64,000 nucleotides of DNA from Bacillota bacterium (GCA_963666425.2 OY762825.2:288001-352000), one strand, 5' to 3'. Counted from the first letter of the stretch, positions 10,686 through 20,460 are shown. The notes: a model not told the origin generated them from the sequence alone. A program made the numbers and translations.

Positions 10686-11252
10686 TCACCTCGTTACTTT
10701 CAGACAATTTCGCAAATAGAAGGATTGCTCTGCCCGGAAGGGCCGCTCCGTTGCGGCAGTGAAAACAACCTGCAATAATCGTCTGCCATTACGGCTGAAA
10801 ACACCGACAGTGAATTCCTCCATATAAAGTGCAGCTTGAATTTTCCCGGATGTGGAAGCGGTATGAATTTCTTCATAGAAAATCTGCGTAGCCGTATTTA
10901 AGTAGAAATCAACCCTCTTGTTCTTCTGATCTATACTGTCCCAATAATACATACGCAGGATAGGACTCGATAGCATACTTTGCGGTAAAACTTCTACGCT
11001 CTGCGCAAAGGAAGCATAATGTGCAATGCGTTCCAATGCTGCGTCGGCCTGTTGTTCTACCTCATTGCTCACACTCTCCTGCCGCCAAAGCTGAAGGTTA
11101 CTTTTCACTGCATCTGTCAAAATGTAAAAGATCATCGCCGTGATTGCCAAAGCCAAAAGCAATTCCACCAGGGTAAAACCATGTTTAGTGCGAATAGAAA
11201 AAATCGAGCCAGGTTTCTGCATGCTCTTTCGTGCCTCCGATCTGAGCAACAC
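10686..11252 (-). CDS. Minor pilin, PilW/GspJ-like
   Basis: KHG|FTLVELLLALAI class III signal; start may be 11222. Confidence 0.8.
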   Translation of the reverse strand: MLLRSEARKSMQKPGSIFSIRTKHGFTLVELLLALAITAMIFYILTDAVKSNLQLWRQESVSNEVEQQADAALERIAHYASFAQSVEVLPQSMLSSPILRMYYWDSIDQKNKRVDFYLNTATQIFYEEIHTASTSGKIQAALYMEEFTVGVFSRNGRRLLQVVFTAATERPFRAEQSFYLRNCLKVTR

Positions 11253-11592
11253 GCAGGCGCAGGATGACTAAATTTCCGTCTGCCTTGACCTCTAGGATTT
11301 GCCATGTTTTGCGGTATTCTGCTGTGTTGGTGGTTTGTGTTTCCACCAACTTATGTTCTGACGAAGATTCAATTTGTTCCAAGACGCTCGGAGCGGAAAA
11401 GGCATAAAATTCTTCTAAAGCAGAACGGATGATCATGTCAAGCTGTTCCGTAGAGAAAGCGGTTCTCAAATCTTGGTTGCTCTGATTGTTCAGTAATAAG
11501 ACTGGAATCAGTAAAAAACCGATCAACGCTAATGAGAGGACTGCTTCCAAAAGCGCGATCCCCTTTTTTGGCCCTGGTTGTTTCATCTTCAT
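11185..11592 (-). CDS. Minor pilin, PilV/GspI-like
   Basis: KKG|IALLEAVLSLAL class III signal with E5. Confidence 0.75.
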   Translation of the reverse strand: MKMKQPGPKKGIALLEAVLSLALIGFLLIPVLLLNNQSNQDLRTAFSTEQLDMIIRSALEEFYAFSAPSVLEQIESSSEHKLVETQTTNTAEYRKTWQILEVKADGNLVILRLRVAQIGGTKEHAETWLDFFYSH

Positions 11593-12665
11593 TCACCTGC
11601 CAGTGCAGAGAAAATATGCCGGTATTCGGTGCAATAAACAAAATTTTGCCAAAACAAGACTTCATCCGTCGTTACTCCGCTGAAATTGAACCAATAAAGC
11701 AAGTCCGCTGTGGTATTTGGATCGGGTACTAAGCTCAAGTTCGCCTGCCGCAGAATCAGCCTGTCAGCGTAGAGGAAACCAGTGCAGTGAATGGTCTGCT
11801 CCGGCCGCGCCAGAATGGTCAGAGATCCAAGACAATAGAGCGAAGGCAGGCTGATCTCATCGTCTGCTGAGGTCAGATCAAGCATTAGGTTTTCTGCAGC
11901 CAGCAGGGTATCCACCGGCTGTTCCAAGTGATATTCCTGTTCGTTCGCAATATAGAACAATTTCCTCGCTTGTAAGCCATTCTGCGTCAGAACAGAATAG
12001 GTCAGCAACCGATTCTCGCTCGGCAGTACCTCTCCTTCGCTGAGGATCCCGGACGCCGTTAAAATCGGCTGAAATAAAATTTCTGTCGGTTCGATTTCTC
12101 TTTTCAGCTGCAATCGGCTGAGCAAGGGCTGATAAGATGCTGCCAAAAGGAATTCGATCGATTCTGTGTCAGTAGTCAGAATTACACCTTCCTGCAGCGC
12201 AAGGTCCGAGGTAAAAAAAGAACCGGTGCCTGTGACAGGATATGTCACCCAGGCAACCGGCCGTTTGACCTCGGTGGCAGCAAGCAACAAAACACCGTGC
12301 AATCGGTAGTAAGTTTGCTGATACTGACCGATGGTATCGATGGTTAATTCTTGTCTACTCGGGTTATAACTGATATTTGCCTGGCAACTGCCATCGTTCA
12401 GGCTGAATTCCGCCGTTATTCTTGCTTCACCGCTCCAACCTTTGGCTTGACAGTTTTGCTTGACAGACGTCATCGCCCATTCCCAAGCACTTTGAGCATT
12501 ATAAAGAGCCAAGGTCTCCGCGTGTTGGTTGTGGGCGAGCCAGATTTGCATGCGGTCGTAACCGAAAACAGTAACGGCAAGAAAAATCAGTAAACCGCAG
12601 GAAATCAAGGTCAGGCTAAGGATACTGCCTCGCTTTTGCTGATCCGGTGTTATAAATCTTTTCAT
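11589..12665 (-). CDS. PilX/GspK-like large minor pilin
   Basis: KRG|SILSLTL signal lacking E5, as typical of PilX/GspK; ALYNAQSA helix. Confidence 0.7.
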   Translation of the reverse strand: MKRFITPDQQKRGSILSLTLISCGLLIFLAVTVFGYDRMQIWLAHNQHAETLALYNAQSAWEWAMTSVKQNCQAKGWSGEARITAEFSLNDGSCQANISYNPSRQELTIDTIGQYQQTYYRLHGVLLLAATEVKRPVAWVTYPVTGTGSFFTSDLALQEGVILTTDTESIEFLLAASYQPLLSRLQLKREIEPTEILFQPILTASGILSEGEVLPSENRLLTYSVLTQNGLQARKLFYIANEQEYHLEQPVDTLLAAENLMLDLTSADDEISLPSLYCLGSLTILARPEQTIHCTGFLYADRLILRQANLSLVPDPNTTADLLYWFNFSGVTTDEVLFWQNFVYCTEYRHIFSALAGE

Positions 12666-13042
12666 TGCAGTCTTTTTTGCTCAAAAATTAAAACCGCAAA
12701 AAACAAAATCAGTGTCACCAAACATGTTGAGATCAGCAATGCCAAGGGAGACGGTGATAAAAGCCAGCAGAGTGACCACGCCGCAACGCTGCCAACCTCT
12801 AGCCAAAAATAGCGCGCTGCGATCGGCTGCTGACAATAACGGCAGCGTCCCTTTAGAAACAACCAACTAAACACCGGAACCAGATCCAGCGGTGCCAAGA
12901 GGTGACCGCAGTCGCAGCAATGCGAACGTCCCATCAGCGATTCATGATGCGGCAAACGCCAGACCAGCATATTAAGAAAAGAACCGATACAGGCGGCCAA
13001 TACTAAATAGAACGGTAAAAAAGGGATGTAGATGCTATTCAT
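12662..13042 (-). CDS. Prepilin peptidase N-terminal Zn-binding domain only
   Basis: IGSFLNMLVWRLP, RSHCCDCGH, PVFSWLFLKGRCRYC; only 126 aa and no C-terminal A24 peptidase domain. Confidence 0.85.
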   Translation of the reverse strand: MNSIYIPFLPFYLVLAACIGSFLNMLVWRLPHHESLMGRSHCCDCGHLLAPLDLVPVFSWLFLKGRCRYCQQPIAARYFWLEVGSVAAWSLCWLLSPSPLALLISTCLVTLILFFAVLIFEQKRLQ

Positions 13043-13422
13043 TCTGTAAAATTCACCCTGCTTATTTCAGTTTCTCCATCTTTGATGATGATTTGTTTTG
13101 GTTTTGAACTCTTGTCGAGGATATAAATCAAGCTAAGATCCTTTACTTCCACCTGATAGGCAGCAAAATCCGCTTGATCGAGAGCACCATTTTCCGGCAG
13201 CACAGGACTGATCCCTTTCAATTCATCAACGAGCATGGCTCGTTCGATGGCGGCTATAATCTGATACGCATCCAATTCTGCTTTTTTTAGCCGCGCTTCC
13301 TGATAAGTAGCAAGTACTTTTGGCACCGCCAAAGTGCAAAGCAGCGCTAGAATTCCTAACACAACGAGAATCTCAATCAATGTGAAACCGGATTTTACCT
13401 TTCGCTTTTTCCTCATAACCAC
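13039..13422 (-). CDS. Probable major type IV pilin
   Basis: KSG|FTLIEILVVLGILALL; short; directly after the platform gene. Confidence 0.85.
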   Translation of the reverse strand: MVMRKKRKVKSGFTLIEILVVLGILALLCTLAVPKVLATYQEARLKKAELDAYQIIAAIERAMLVDELKGISPVLPENGALDQADFAAYQVEVKDLSLIYILDKSSKPKQIIIKDGETEISRVNFTE

Positions 13423-13432
13423 CCTTCTTTCT

Positions 13433-14656
13433 TTATCCTACCAGATCAATTCCTTGCCACTGGTTCAGCATCGGCAGCAGAATCGAGATGGCAATCCAGC
13501 CAATAAAAAGAGAAATCATTAAAATCAGAATTGGTTCGAGCAGACGGTTGATTTTTTCATAGGTCATCCTAATTTCCAGATCGTAATAAGCAGCCGCTTC
13601 CTGCAGCAGTGGTGCTAAACTGCCACCGTTCTCACCAACACGCAGCAGTGAGATGAAACCCGGGGGAAGATTAGGTATCAATGCTAAACTCGCGCTGAAA
13701 GATCGGCCCAACCGCACCTGCTGACTCGCAGCTGCAATCCCTTGCCGCAGCAGCAGAGACCCCATTACCTCAGCCGCCAAATCCAGTGAAGAAAGCATTT
13801 CGCTGCCGCTCTCCAGCAAGAGAGCCAGCGTGCGGGAAAAATGACTCCACTCTTGTTTGCAGGCGAGCGATCCCAAGAGTGGCCACCGATAAAGGATTGC
13901 TTCCGCTCTGCAGCGGAAGCTGGCTTGTTCCCAGAAGAAACGAATCGTCAAAGCAGCAAGCAGGATCAGCAGCAGAAGCAGAGGCCAAAAGTTTAGTAAA
14001 AAAGCAGAAGTCTGCAGCAGCAGCCGTGTGGCAAAAGGCAGCGTCTCCGGAGTTGCTGCCGATAGAGTAAGCAAGCTTGGGATCACAAAGGTAATCAGAA
14101 AAATACAGACTGTGATGGCCACCATCAATAAAACAACCGGATAAAGCATAGCATTCTCAACTTTGCGTTTCATTTCGTCTTCCTGTAAATAATAAGCCGC
14201 CAACTGCCGAAAGACACTTTCCCAATGACCGCTTATTTCTCCCGCCTTCAGCGAACTAACGAAGAATTGCGGTACGTTGGGGACCCAATGCTGTAAGCTT
14301 TGCGCAAAGCTTTCTCCTCTGTCCAAAGCCGCGATCAGATTGGCATAAAAGGAACGCCGATTCGGCTGATTGGCTTCCTCACTGAAAATAATCAGAGCAT
14401 CTCGCAAAGTCACTCCTGCTGACAGCAAATGAGCCAGTTGTTTGGCGAAAATGTGCAGTTCATAGAGAGTGAAAGAGCGGTTTCGCTGCCAATGAGCAAG
14501 CCATTGCCGTCCAGTAGTGGCCGCATACACAGTCACAAGATAATTATGTTCCTGCCACAATTGTTTAGCTGCAGTCTGTTGTGAATCTGCCCAAAGTGTC
14601 CCTTCCCGTACTGTTCCGTCCGGACGGATGATACGATAACAGAATAATCTCTGCGT
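13433..14656 (-). CDS. Type IV pilus platform protein PilC/GspF
   Basis: Two GspF repeats (GEISG...AMLYP; GENGG...LLEP). Start extended from the track's TTG 14560 to an in-frame ACG at 14656 (see findings). Confidence 0.88.
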   Translation of the reverse strand, partial: TQRLFCYRIIRPDGTVREGTLWADSQQTAAKQLWQEHNYLVTVYAATTGRQWLAHWQRNRSFTLYELHIFAKQLAHLLSAGVTLRDALIIFSEEANQPNRRSFYANLIAALDRGESFAQSLQHWVPNVPQFFVSSLKAGEISGHWESVFRQLAAYYLQEDEMKRKVENAMLYPVVLLMVAITVCIFLITFVIPSLLTLSAATPETLPFATRLLLQTSAFLLNFWPLLLLLILLAALTIRFFWEQASFRCRAEAILYRWPLLGSLACKQEWSHFSRTLALLLESGSEMLSSLDLAAEVMGSLLLRQGIAAASQQVRLGRSFSASLALIPNLPPGFISLLRVGENGGSLAPLLQEAAAYYDLEIRMTYEKINRLLEPILILMISLFIGWIAISILLPMLNQWQGIDLVG

Positions 14657-14660
14657 CTCC

Positions 14661-16334
14661 TCACCTTCTCTTGTTTTGACTCTGCTGCGGCAGCAGCTTG
14701 AATACTTCCGTCAGTGTTGTATCACCATGAAAACACTTTTCCAAAGCATCCAGATAAATCGGTACCATACCGGCGCTGCGGGACGCTGCTCTTAAGGTTG
14801 AGATATCTGCCTTCCTCAGCGTCAATGCCCGTAATTCTTCCGTATATGGCAGCAATTCAAATACACCGGTACGACCGATATAACCCGTACCGCTGCATTT
14901 GCTGCAGCCAATCGTTTCACGAATCAGCGTCAAAGGCAGTTTCTTATCCGCCGGAAACAGATCTGCATAAGAGCTGCTTTCGGCAGCCGTCAAGACAGAA
15001 CAATGCGGACATGCCAAACGGACCAGGCGCTGTGATAAAATACCGATCAAAGAAGAAGCAATCAAATAAGGTTCCAACCCCATTTCCAACAGTCGGGTGA
15101 TGGCTCCCGGTGCATCATTGGTATGCAGCGTGCTGAAGACCAAATGGCCGGTTAAAGCCGCCTGCAAGGCAGCTTCAGCCGTCTCAGTGTCTCTGATTTC
15201 CCCAACAAAAATAATATTGGGATCCTGGCGCAAGACCGATCGCAGACCACGGGCGAAACCAAACTCAATTTTTGGATTGACCTGTACTTGATTGATGCCA
15301 GCCAGGCGGTATTCGACCGGATCCTCAATGCTGACTACGTTGTTTTTTTCGCGATCCAATTGCTGCAGTGTGGTATAAAGAGTTGTTGTTTTACCGGAAG
15401 CAGTGGGCCCGCAAACCAGAATGATGCCATGAGTGCTCTGAATTAATTTTTGAAAGGTGGCTGTCACCTGCTCCGACATGCCAAGTTGATGAAAATTACT
15501 CAAGAGGAACTCTCGCCGCAGCAGCCGCACGACTGCTTTTTCACCATGAATTAAGGGTAAGGTGGAAAGGCGCATATCAATTTCTTCCATTTGAATCAAT
15601 TGGCTAAACTGACCATCCTGCGGCAGCCTTCGCTCTGCAATGTTCAAACCAGCCCATAATTTTAATCTGGATAGAAAAACAGACTTGTATTCCTCAGCAT
15701 AGAGACGATGGATATGCAGTTCACCGTCAACCCGGAAACGAATGCGCAGTCCCTTTTCCAAAGGCTCAAAATGAATATCGGTTGCTCGTTCGATGACAGC
15801 AGCCAAAAAAATAGCTGTCAATTCATCCTGTTCCGCACCAAGCGTTGAAAAAGCGGCAGTTGGTGCCTGATTTTCAGCGTTTTGTTCAGCAAACAATGCC
15901 GGTGCAGTCTGCTGATATAACTGCTGATAGATCCGCTGCCAATCTTGGCGAGCAATCAAAATCGTTGACACCTGCAGATTATAACTAAATTGAATCGTTT
16001 GGAAAATTTGTAAATTGAATGGATCATCAACCGCAATTTTCAGAACATTGCCTTGCAGAGCCAGCGGCAGACAAATCCATTTTGCCGCCATATCTGCATC
16101 AATCCAGCGTGCCAATTTCTCATCGGCAAGAAAATCGCGAAAATAAAATACTTCCAGGTGCAGACTCTGGCTATAGAGTTCTTTCAGATCCTCTTCTTTC
16201 AATTTCAGCGTCTGCAGCAGATACTGCGTAACGGAGTGGCCTTGACTTTGCGTTTCGATTAAATCCTGATGAAATTGTTCCGTCAGTGGGAAACGAGTCA
16301 ATAAAAAGGAGAAAAGAGTATCGATTGAAAACAT
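14661..16334 (-). CDS. Type IV pilus assembly ATPase PilB/GspE
   Basis: ATDIHFEP, RRLPQDG, GPTASGKTT, IEDPVEY, LRQDPN, STLHTND, two CxxC motifs. Confidence 0.95.
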   Translation of the reverse strand: MFSIDTLFSFLLTRFPLTEQFHQDLIETQSQGHSVTQYLLQTLKLKEEDLKELYSQSLHLEVFYFRDFLADEKLARWIDADMAAKWICLPLALQGNVLKIAVDDPFNLQIFQTIQFSYNLQVSTILIARQDWQRIYQQLYQQTAPALFAEQNAENQAPTAAFSTLGAEQDELTAIFLAAVIERATDIHFEPLEKGLRIRFRVDGELHIHRLYAEEYKSVFLSRLKLWAGLNIAERRLPQDGQFSQLIQMEEIDMRLSTLPLIHGEKAVVRLLRREFLLSNFHQLGMSEQVTATFQKLIQSTHGIILVCGPTASGKTTTLYTTLQQLDREKNNVVSIEDPVEYRLAGINQVQVNPKIEFGFARGLRSVLRQDPNIIFVGEIRDTETAEAALQAALTGHLVFSTLHTNDAPGAITRLLEMGLEPYLIASSLIGILSQRLVRLACPHCSVLTAAESSSYADLFPADKKLPLTLIRETIGCSKCSGTGYIGRTGVFELLPYTEELRALTLRKADISTLRAASRSAGMVPIYLDALEKCFHGDTTLTEVFKLLPQQSQNKRR

Positions 16335-16356
16335 ACTCTTCCCTCCTGTAAACAAT

Positions 16357-16752
16357 TTATATTTTTGGTTTTTTTACTTTTTTCAGAGGCAACTCGCTGC
16401 TTTTTTCCTCAGTTTTCTGATTCACTTTTGGCTTTTTATCTTCTTTTTTATCTGCCTGTCGATCACCGAGCCGGCTGAATTTACCGGGTTCTCTAGGCAT
16501 GAACAGCAGCATGATGCCAATTGCCAAGGTTTGAACCACAACAGGCCCCCAAGTAGGATTGATCCAGTCTTTTCCAACCAAATAAGTACTGACAACATTC
16601 ACCAGTATGGTGGAAAGGAACATGCCACCAAACCAATAAATCCAAGAAGTCATCGGCTTAACATATTTCCGAAACAAAAGGTTAATGCCAATAGAACCTA
16701 CCAGCATAATAGAAATTTGTGTGATTGCGTCCATGCGATTCCATCCTTTCAA
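16357..16752 (-). CDS. Hypothetical 3-TM membrane protein with Lys-rich tail
   Basis: Three hydrophobic stretches; ends just upstream of pilB, probably co-transcribed. Confidence 0.7.
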   Translation of the reverse strand: MKGWNRMDAITQISIMLVGSIGINLLFRKYVKPMTSWIYWFGGMFLSTILVNVVSTYLVGKDWINPTWGPVVVQTLAIGIMLLFMPREPGKFSRLGDRQADKKEDKKPKVNQKTEEKSSELPLKKVKKPKI

Positions 16753-16892
16753 TCAATCGATTTACCCTATGCAAAGCAGCCTGTTATCCCAGCGCTGCAA
16801 ATTCTTTGGATTACATTCGGAATGATTTCTATTTCGGCATTCCTCCTTCCTCTTCCTTCCATGATTGGTATTAAAATGTTATTTATTTTTAT

Positions 16893-18731
16893 TTATTTTC
16901 TTAGCAAAAAAGGGAACTCGGTCAAGCGCAGGTTACTGCAGCCATAGGGAATCATTTTTACCAAGTGAGATGCTCCCTGCGGCTCGAGGCTGTCCGGCAG
17001 CAGATGGCAGATCCTATTCTCCTGCGCCCAGGCGATCCTAACCATCTGAGCCAAAAGAACAACAGGAGGATTTATACTTGAAAAACCTGCCTCAAACGCC
17101 GGTAGATCGACACTAAAATTTGCATCAGTTAAAGCATAGTTCCAAGCGGAATCTGCGAAGATTTCATAATCACAATAAGGGAATTTGCGCATGACTCCTT
17201 TTTTCTCATACTCTCTTTTCAGCCAGCGTTCTGCTATTGCCACACTATAGAGCAAGGGACCGCGTTCAACACAGACCAGATCCCTGGGACGTTGGCGAAT
17301 CTTCGTCTCAAAACGCAGTATAACCTGGATTTCTATACTGCCCTGCCAGAGTTGATCGAGATGGTAATAGCTGCCTGGTTCTGCTTGTCTGCCATTGACA
17401 GTAGCAGCGACCGCAGCAGCGGGAATGCGCAAAGTCAACTCAAAACGCAGCGGTTGCTCTACTGTAATTGTATAATGCAGTTCTTCCCGGAAAGGATAAT
17501 TCGTTTCCAGGCGGCACTGCACCGGCACTCCCTGTACGTTTGTGCTTAATTGTGAAGGCAGCGGCAGCACAGAAGTAATTCCCTGTTCGGTTTGCATCCA
17601 GGCGGATAAGGCAAGCTTGGGCCAGCCTTGCCCAAAATTCGCCGTACAACAGCCGTAAGTCGGCTCTAAACCGTATAGATGAGATTCACCGCCGTTCGTA
17701 CCAAACACAACATGCTCCTTGTCCAAAATTGAGCATTCAATCTGATTGGTCTGCTGATCATACTGATGTGACCACATATCAGGCGAAATCGCTGCCGGCA
17801 GTGCATTGAACGCCAGCTTTTCCAGCCGTTCCGCCCAATAGGCATTACCGCTAATACTGAGCAATTGTTCATAGGAATACATGGCTTCCACAACCCCGCA
17901 GAGTTCGGAACCCTGCAGCGGACTGTCTCCGGCCAAGCATTCATCACCGGTAAAGTGTCCGTTGGCCATACCGTGTTTTTCATCCAGGAAATGCAGAGCC
18001 TGTAGCGCGAATTCATCCGCATTCCGCCCGTCGAGACGTGACATCAGGGCTTCAGATTTCAGCATCATCGCGATATTGACGACATGAGTGAGAAAATTCC
18101 ATTCTCTTTTCGGCTGATCCAAGAAGCCGGAATGCAGGATTTTTGACCAGTCAAATCCCTGTAATTCTAATTTGTGAGCCAAGGTCAACAGCCAGTCGGC
18201 CGGTTGACGCTGATACAGCCAGAAAATAGGGATCAATCCTTCAAACCAGCGGCTGGCACCCCAATCAAAGAGAGTGTTGCTGTTTAAATGCTGATTCAGC
18301 TGATACAAAACTGCAGTCAGAGCAGGCTGAATTCGTGGATCACCGGAACAATCCGCATAAACGGTCATAACTTTAGCGATTAGCAGGACAGCCCAGAGAT
18401 CGTAATTCTTTCTCTCTTCCGGTTTACAGGGACAGATCCAGCCATCTTCGGCTTGCTGAGCCAATATCGCATTCATATATCGTTTGGCTCTGACGATCAG
18501 TTGTTCATCCCGCAGCAAATATGCCATTGGGATGAAACCATCCAACCAATAGGGGACTCGTTCCCATCCTTCGCTCTGACCGCCCAGCCAGGCACTGTCT
18601 CGGACATCAGGCCAAACCAAGTCCAAATTGCCACATAAACCCTCAGCTTGCAGCTGCAATTGTTTAGCCAACCATCCCATTGGCTGAATTGCAGCGCATT
18701 CGAAAGGTGTCATTGCCAATTTCCTCAACAT
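16893..18731 (-). CDS. GH127/GH146-like beta-L-arabinofuranosidase family protein
   Basis: GWLAKQL N-terminus, TGDE, SELCGVVE, AFNALP, YGCCTANFGQGWPK, RGPLLY. Confidence 0.85.
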   Translation of the reverse strand: MLRKLAMTPFECAAIQPMGWLAKQLQLQAEGLCGNLDLVWPDVRDSAWLGGQSEGWERVPYWLDGFIPMAYLLRDEQLIVRAKRYMNAILAQQAEDGWICPCKPEERKNYDLWAVLLIAKVMTVYADCSGDPRIQPALTAVLYQLNQHLNSNTLFDWGASRWFEGLIPIFWLYQRQPADWLLTLAHKLELQGFDWSKILHSGFLDQPKREWNFLTHVVNIAMMLKSEALMSRLDGRNADEFALQALHFLDEKHGMANGHFTGDECLAGDSPLQGSELCGVVEAMYSYEQLLSISGNAYWAERLEKLAFNALPAAISPDMWSHQYDQQTNQIECSILDKEHVVFGTNGGESHLYGLEPTYGCCTANFGQGWPKLALSAWMQTEQGITSVLPLPSQLSTNVQGVPVQCRLETNYPFREELHYTITVEQPLRFELTLRIPAAAVAATVNGRQAEPGSYYHLDQLWQGSIEIQVILRFETKIRQRPRDLVCVERGPLLYSVAIAERWLKREYEKKGVMRKFPYCDYEIFADSAWNYALTDANFSVDLPAFEAGFSSINPPVVLLAQMVRIAWAQENRICHLLPDSLEPQGASHLVKMIPYGCSNLRLTEFPFLLRK

Positions 18732-18985
18732 AGGCTGCTTCCCTCCTCACAATCAGAATTGCTTCTTCTTTCTAAAGATACAACAAGTCCATTATACAGA
18801 ATATCATCAAAAAAGCAATCTGCCCTGCGATATTTCTGCTTTCATACTCTGCTGTGCGCATAGCAGCATTAGCACCTTTGTTTTTCCGCTCGACTGCTGT
18901 TTTTGCTACTATTCTGTTGCTTTTTATCTGCTTATTATTTTTAACTGTTATAATTGGCCTGTTTACGTAAACTGGGGAAGAGCAC

Positions 18986-19030
18986 TTGACATTAGGTAAC
19001 ATGTTTCGTATTATATGGGTAACATATTAC
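18986..19030 (+). promoter_or_regulatory. Sigma-A promoter with two palindromic operators
   Basis: TTGACA-N17-TATTAT (18986-19014); GTAACATGTTTC (18996-19007) and GTAACATATTAC (19019-19030). Confidence 0.75.
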
Positions 19031-19049
19031 TATTTAGGGAGGTAAGTAA

Positions 19050-19523
19050 ATGGAAGAATTAGCAGAAAACGCTTACATTTTCGGCACAATTTTCACCCTA
19101 GCCAACAAACTGCAGGTGCTGGGAGACGATTTCGACAAGGAGATTACGATCAAGCAGTGGCTTTTTGTGGTTGGGGTTTCCCAATTCCAGGAACCACCAA
19201 CCGTGAGCGAAGTAGCGCATTTCATCGGTTATTCCCGACAAAATGCGAAGCGGATCGCAATTGCTTTAAACGAAGCTGGTTTTGTCAGTATCAAAAAAGA
19301 TGATCGCGATGCGCGCGCGCTGCGTATTTTGCTTTCTGCCAAATGCAGCGACTATTTTAGTAAGCGCAGCCAAAGAGAAATTGAATTTTTACAACAGCTT
19401 TTCCTTGGTTTTGACTCTGAATTATCCCGCAATGTCTATGACGGGCTGAAACGATTGGAACAAAACATCAAAGACATGCTGAAAGCAAAAGAGGACAAGG
19501 AAAATGGAGAAGAAAATGAATAA
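19050..19523 (+). CDS. MarR family transcriptional regulator
   Basis: ITIKQW, SRQNAKRIA helix, DDRDARAL wing; RBS GGAGGT. Confidence 0.9.
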   Translation: MEELAENAYIFGTIFTLANKLQVLGDDFDKEITIKQWLFVVGVSQFQEPPTVSEVAHFIGYSRQNAKRIAIALNEAGFVSIKKDDRDARALRILLSAKCSDYFSKRSQREIEFLQQLFLGFDSELSRNVYDGLKRLEQNIKDMLKAKEDKENGEENE

Positions 19524-20382
19524 AAGTAGGTGGCAGAAAAAAATGTTGATCTTGATCGGCAGCTTAAGTTTCGTGTTCGGAGCTATTCTTCTGTTTTGGT
19601 ATCTCCCCTTTTCCCAGACAAAAACAGAATTTAATCGCATTGCTGCCGGGTTCATCAGCGAAGCGAGTCATTCGCAAGACGTGTTCAGCGAAGCAGACAT
19701 TGCAGCACTGCCGGCTCCCATCCAGCGCTATTTCCGATCTTGCGGTTACCTTGGCCAGCCAAAAATGTCGTATCTCAAAATTGAGTATCCGGATGTTGAT
19801 TTTATTTTCAGTAAAGATCAGCCGACCATGAAGATCGCTTACACGCAATACAATTTTCTTGACGAACTGAACCGGATCGCTTATATCGACAGTGCCAAGT
19901 ACGGAATTCCCTTTGAAGGGCTGGATGCCTTCCTTGGCGGTTCCGGATCGATGAAAGGGGTACTGGCGAAAATATTCACCTTGTTTGATCAAAAAGGTCA
20001 AAGCATGGACCAAGCATCCCTGGTTACATATCTTTCTGAAAGCCTTTTTCTGCCCAGTGCTGCCTTACAGGACAGCATAGAATGGGAAGCAATGGATGAC
20101 TTGCATGCCAAAGCAACGCTCAACGCTTATGGCATGTCTGTTTCGGGTGTTTTTGGTTTTGATCCAAACGGAGAAATGCGCTCGTTCCTCACAGCAGACC
20201 GATCAGCTGTTGCCAGCGATGGCTCCAGTCAAAAACTTCTTTGGTCGGTGACTTGCGGCGAATACTCCGAGGAAAATGGTTTAAAGAGACCCACATCTTT
20301 TCAGGCGATTTGGCATTATGCCGACGGTGATTCAGTCTACTTCAACGGTAAAGGCGTGATTACAACGCCTACCGCACCATAA
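19516..20382 (+). CDS. Membrane-anchored protein resembling DUF6544/DUF6920
   Basis: N-terminal TM; DIAALPAPIQRYF; YLSESLFLPSA; IEWEAMDD. Family assigned from memory of motifs. Confidence 0.6.
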   Translation: MNKSRWQKKMLILIGSLSFVFGAILLFWYLPFSQTKTEFNRIAAGFISEASHSQDVFSEADIAALPAPIQRYFRSCGYLGQPKMSYLKIEYPDVDFIFSKDQPTMKIAYTQYNFLDELNRIAYIDSAKYGIPFEGLDAFLGGSGSMKGVLAKIFTLFDQKGQSMDQASLVTYLSESLFLPSAALQDSIEWEAMDDLHAKATLNAYGMSVSGVFGFDPNGEMRSFLTADRSAVASDGSSQKLLWSVTCGEYSEENGLKRPTSFQAIWHYADGDSVYFNGKGVITTPTAP

Positions 20383-20430
20383 AAGAACCAAATTGAAGAG
20401 AAAATTTTAAAAATGTCTTCTGTCCATCAA

Positions 20431-20460
20431 TACAAAATCCTTTCTAGGAAGGATTTTGTA
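20431..20460. terminator. Inverted repeat / probable terminator
   Basis: TACAAAATCCTT/AAGGATTTTGTA 12-bp stem; no clear U-tail. Confidence 0.5.
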
